Position numbers and translations under genes: made by a program. A stretch of 64,000 bases of DNA from Octopus vulgaris (taxonomy: Eukaryota): contig OX597826.1 in the NCBI GenBank assembly GCA_951406725.2, forward strand, positions 10,850,001-10,914,000. Direction: 5' to 3'. This document shows positions 63,036 to 64,000 of the stretch, piece after piece; position 1 is the stretch's first letter; the number at the start of each line of letters is the position of its first letter. The notes under the pieces were generated by a model that searched no databases, was not told where the DNA came from, and was given only the letters and a program-made list of their open reading frames with translations.

Positions 63036-63791
63036 TCAAATATATCAAAGCTACCTTGGATAATGAAATAGCCAACAAAGGAAACCTCTACATAGTTGTT
63101 TGAACTGCTAGAAATTGCAGTCAAATTTTTCTCTAAATCATGCCTTACTATCTTAAAAATAATGTCTAAGACCACACTGAATGACATAGTATTAAACACA
63201 TGAATACCTGAAATTCTTCACTGTAGATGTACTTAATCAAGACCAAACTGGAGCTAAACAACAATGAACCATTAACCTAGACTGAAGGAAAGTTTCCTAG
63301 TATCTACAACTCAGTACTGATATTAAGATGAAGAACACTTTTATTTCACTTTTGGAAGCCATCTTCTATGTTCTAATCTCTCCATCAATATTTGCTAAGA
63401 TTTGAGATTAAATATCTTATACTAGCACTAGGGGGTCTTAGTGCTAGTGATTGCATATACAGCTGTGTGCATGCGCACATACACGCGAGTACTGTCCAAA
63501 TCTCCGACCAATCACATACAGCTAGCTGGCATTCAATTGGCGTATCAAGTTTCGGGCATTTTGATTGGGTTTTGGATAGAAAATTCGACAAAAAAGTCAC
63601 TTCTATTGATTTTTTTAATGGCTTTGCAGGGTGACTGGGGAAATGTAAAGATGTGCACAACCACTCTTGCACGGTTTTGAATGACCATAGAAAGTGCAAC
63701 CCCTCTAACTGAAAAATTGTGGATTTGTATAAAGGACACACACACACACACACAGACAGTCAGACATTTTGCCGTTTATATATATAGAGAT

Positions 63792-64000
63792 GAGAAGACA
63801 AATTCTGTTGACTCTCTCTTGCAAGAGTGGCTTCCCAACAATGCTCAGCAAACAGATTCTCCTGCAGTTGCTGCAATTGCTTCAACTCTCCTTGTTCTTA
63901 TACAAAATGACATTTTTGCAATATCTCATCTCCTGTAGCATTGCTTTTTTTTCCTTTCTAGATTTGGTGTAGATTTTGTGTGGGTGGTGCAACAGAATGT
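63792..64000 (-). mobile_element. Decayed RTE RT fragment
   Basis: QEMR...VILYKNK...SNCSNCRRICLLSIVGK, resembling RTE LYKNKG..SDC.NYRGISLLSIVGK. Confidence 0.65.

Noticed and set aside
60887-64000. First coding exon or promoter of synaptojanin
   Set aside because: No matching N-terminal sequence found; the region is repeats, so the start probably lies beyond the window

Overview
This is AT-rich, repeat-dense eukaryotic DNA; the repeat families suggest an octopus (inference). The whole window lies inside one minus-strand gene, synaptojanin (SYNJ1-like). I reconstructed 14 coding exons (2140 nt, about 713 aa) with GT-AG sites and consistent phases. They cover the Sac1 domain (CVDCLDRT) and the N-terminal part of the inositol 5-phosphatase domain ([21 protein letters not shown]); both ends of the gene lie outside the window. 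The introns hold tRNA-headed SINEs, RTE and CR1 LINE pieces, a decayed Gypsy LTR element, Tc1 and mariner relics, piggyBac-, hAT- and MULE-type MITEs, Helitrons, and micro- and minisatellites. The main unexpected signal is a set of type I hammerhead-ribozyme-like folds in about eight unrelated non-coding intronic elements. Most have a minimal palindromic helix III and sit in inverted repeats or (TA)n tracts, as in Penelope-like pLTRs. They include core variants (G3-C8, U3-A8, U4C, A6U) and one tRNA-headed element carrying a hammerhead. Folds were read by eye and activity is untested. TE boundaries without a TSD are approximate.
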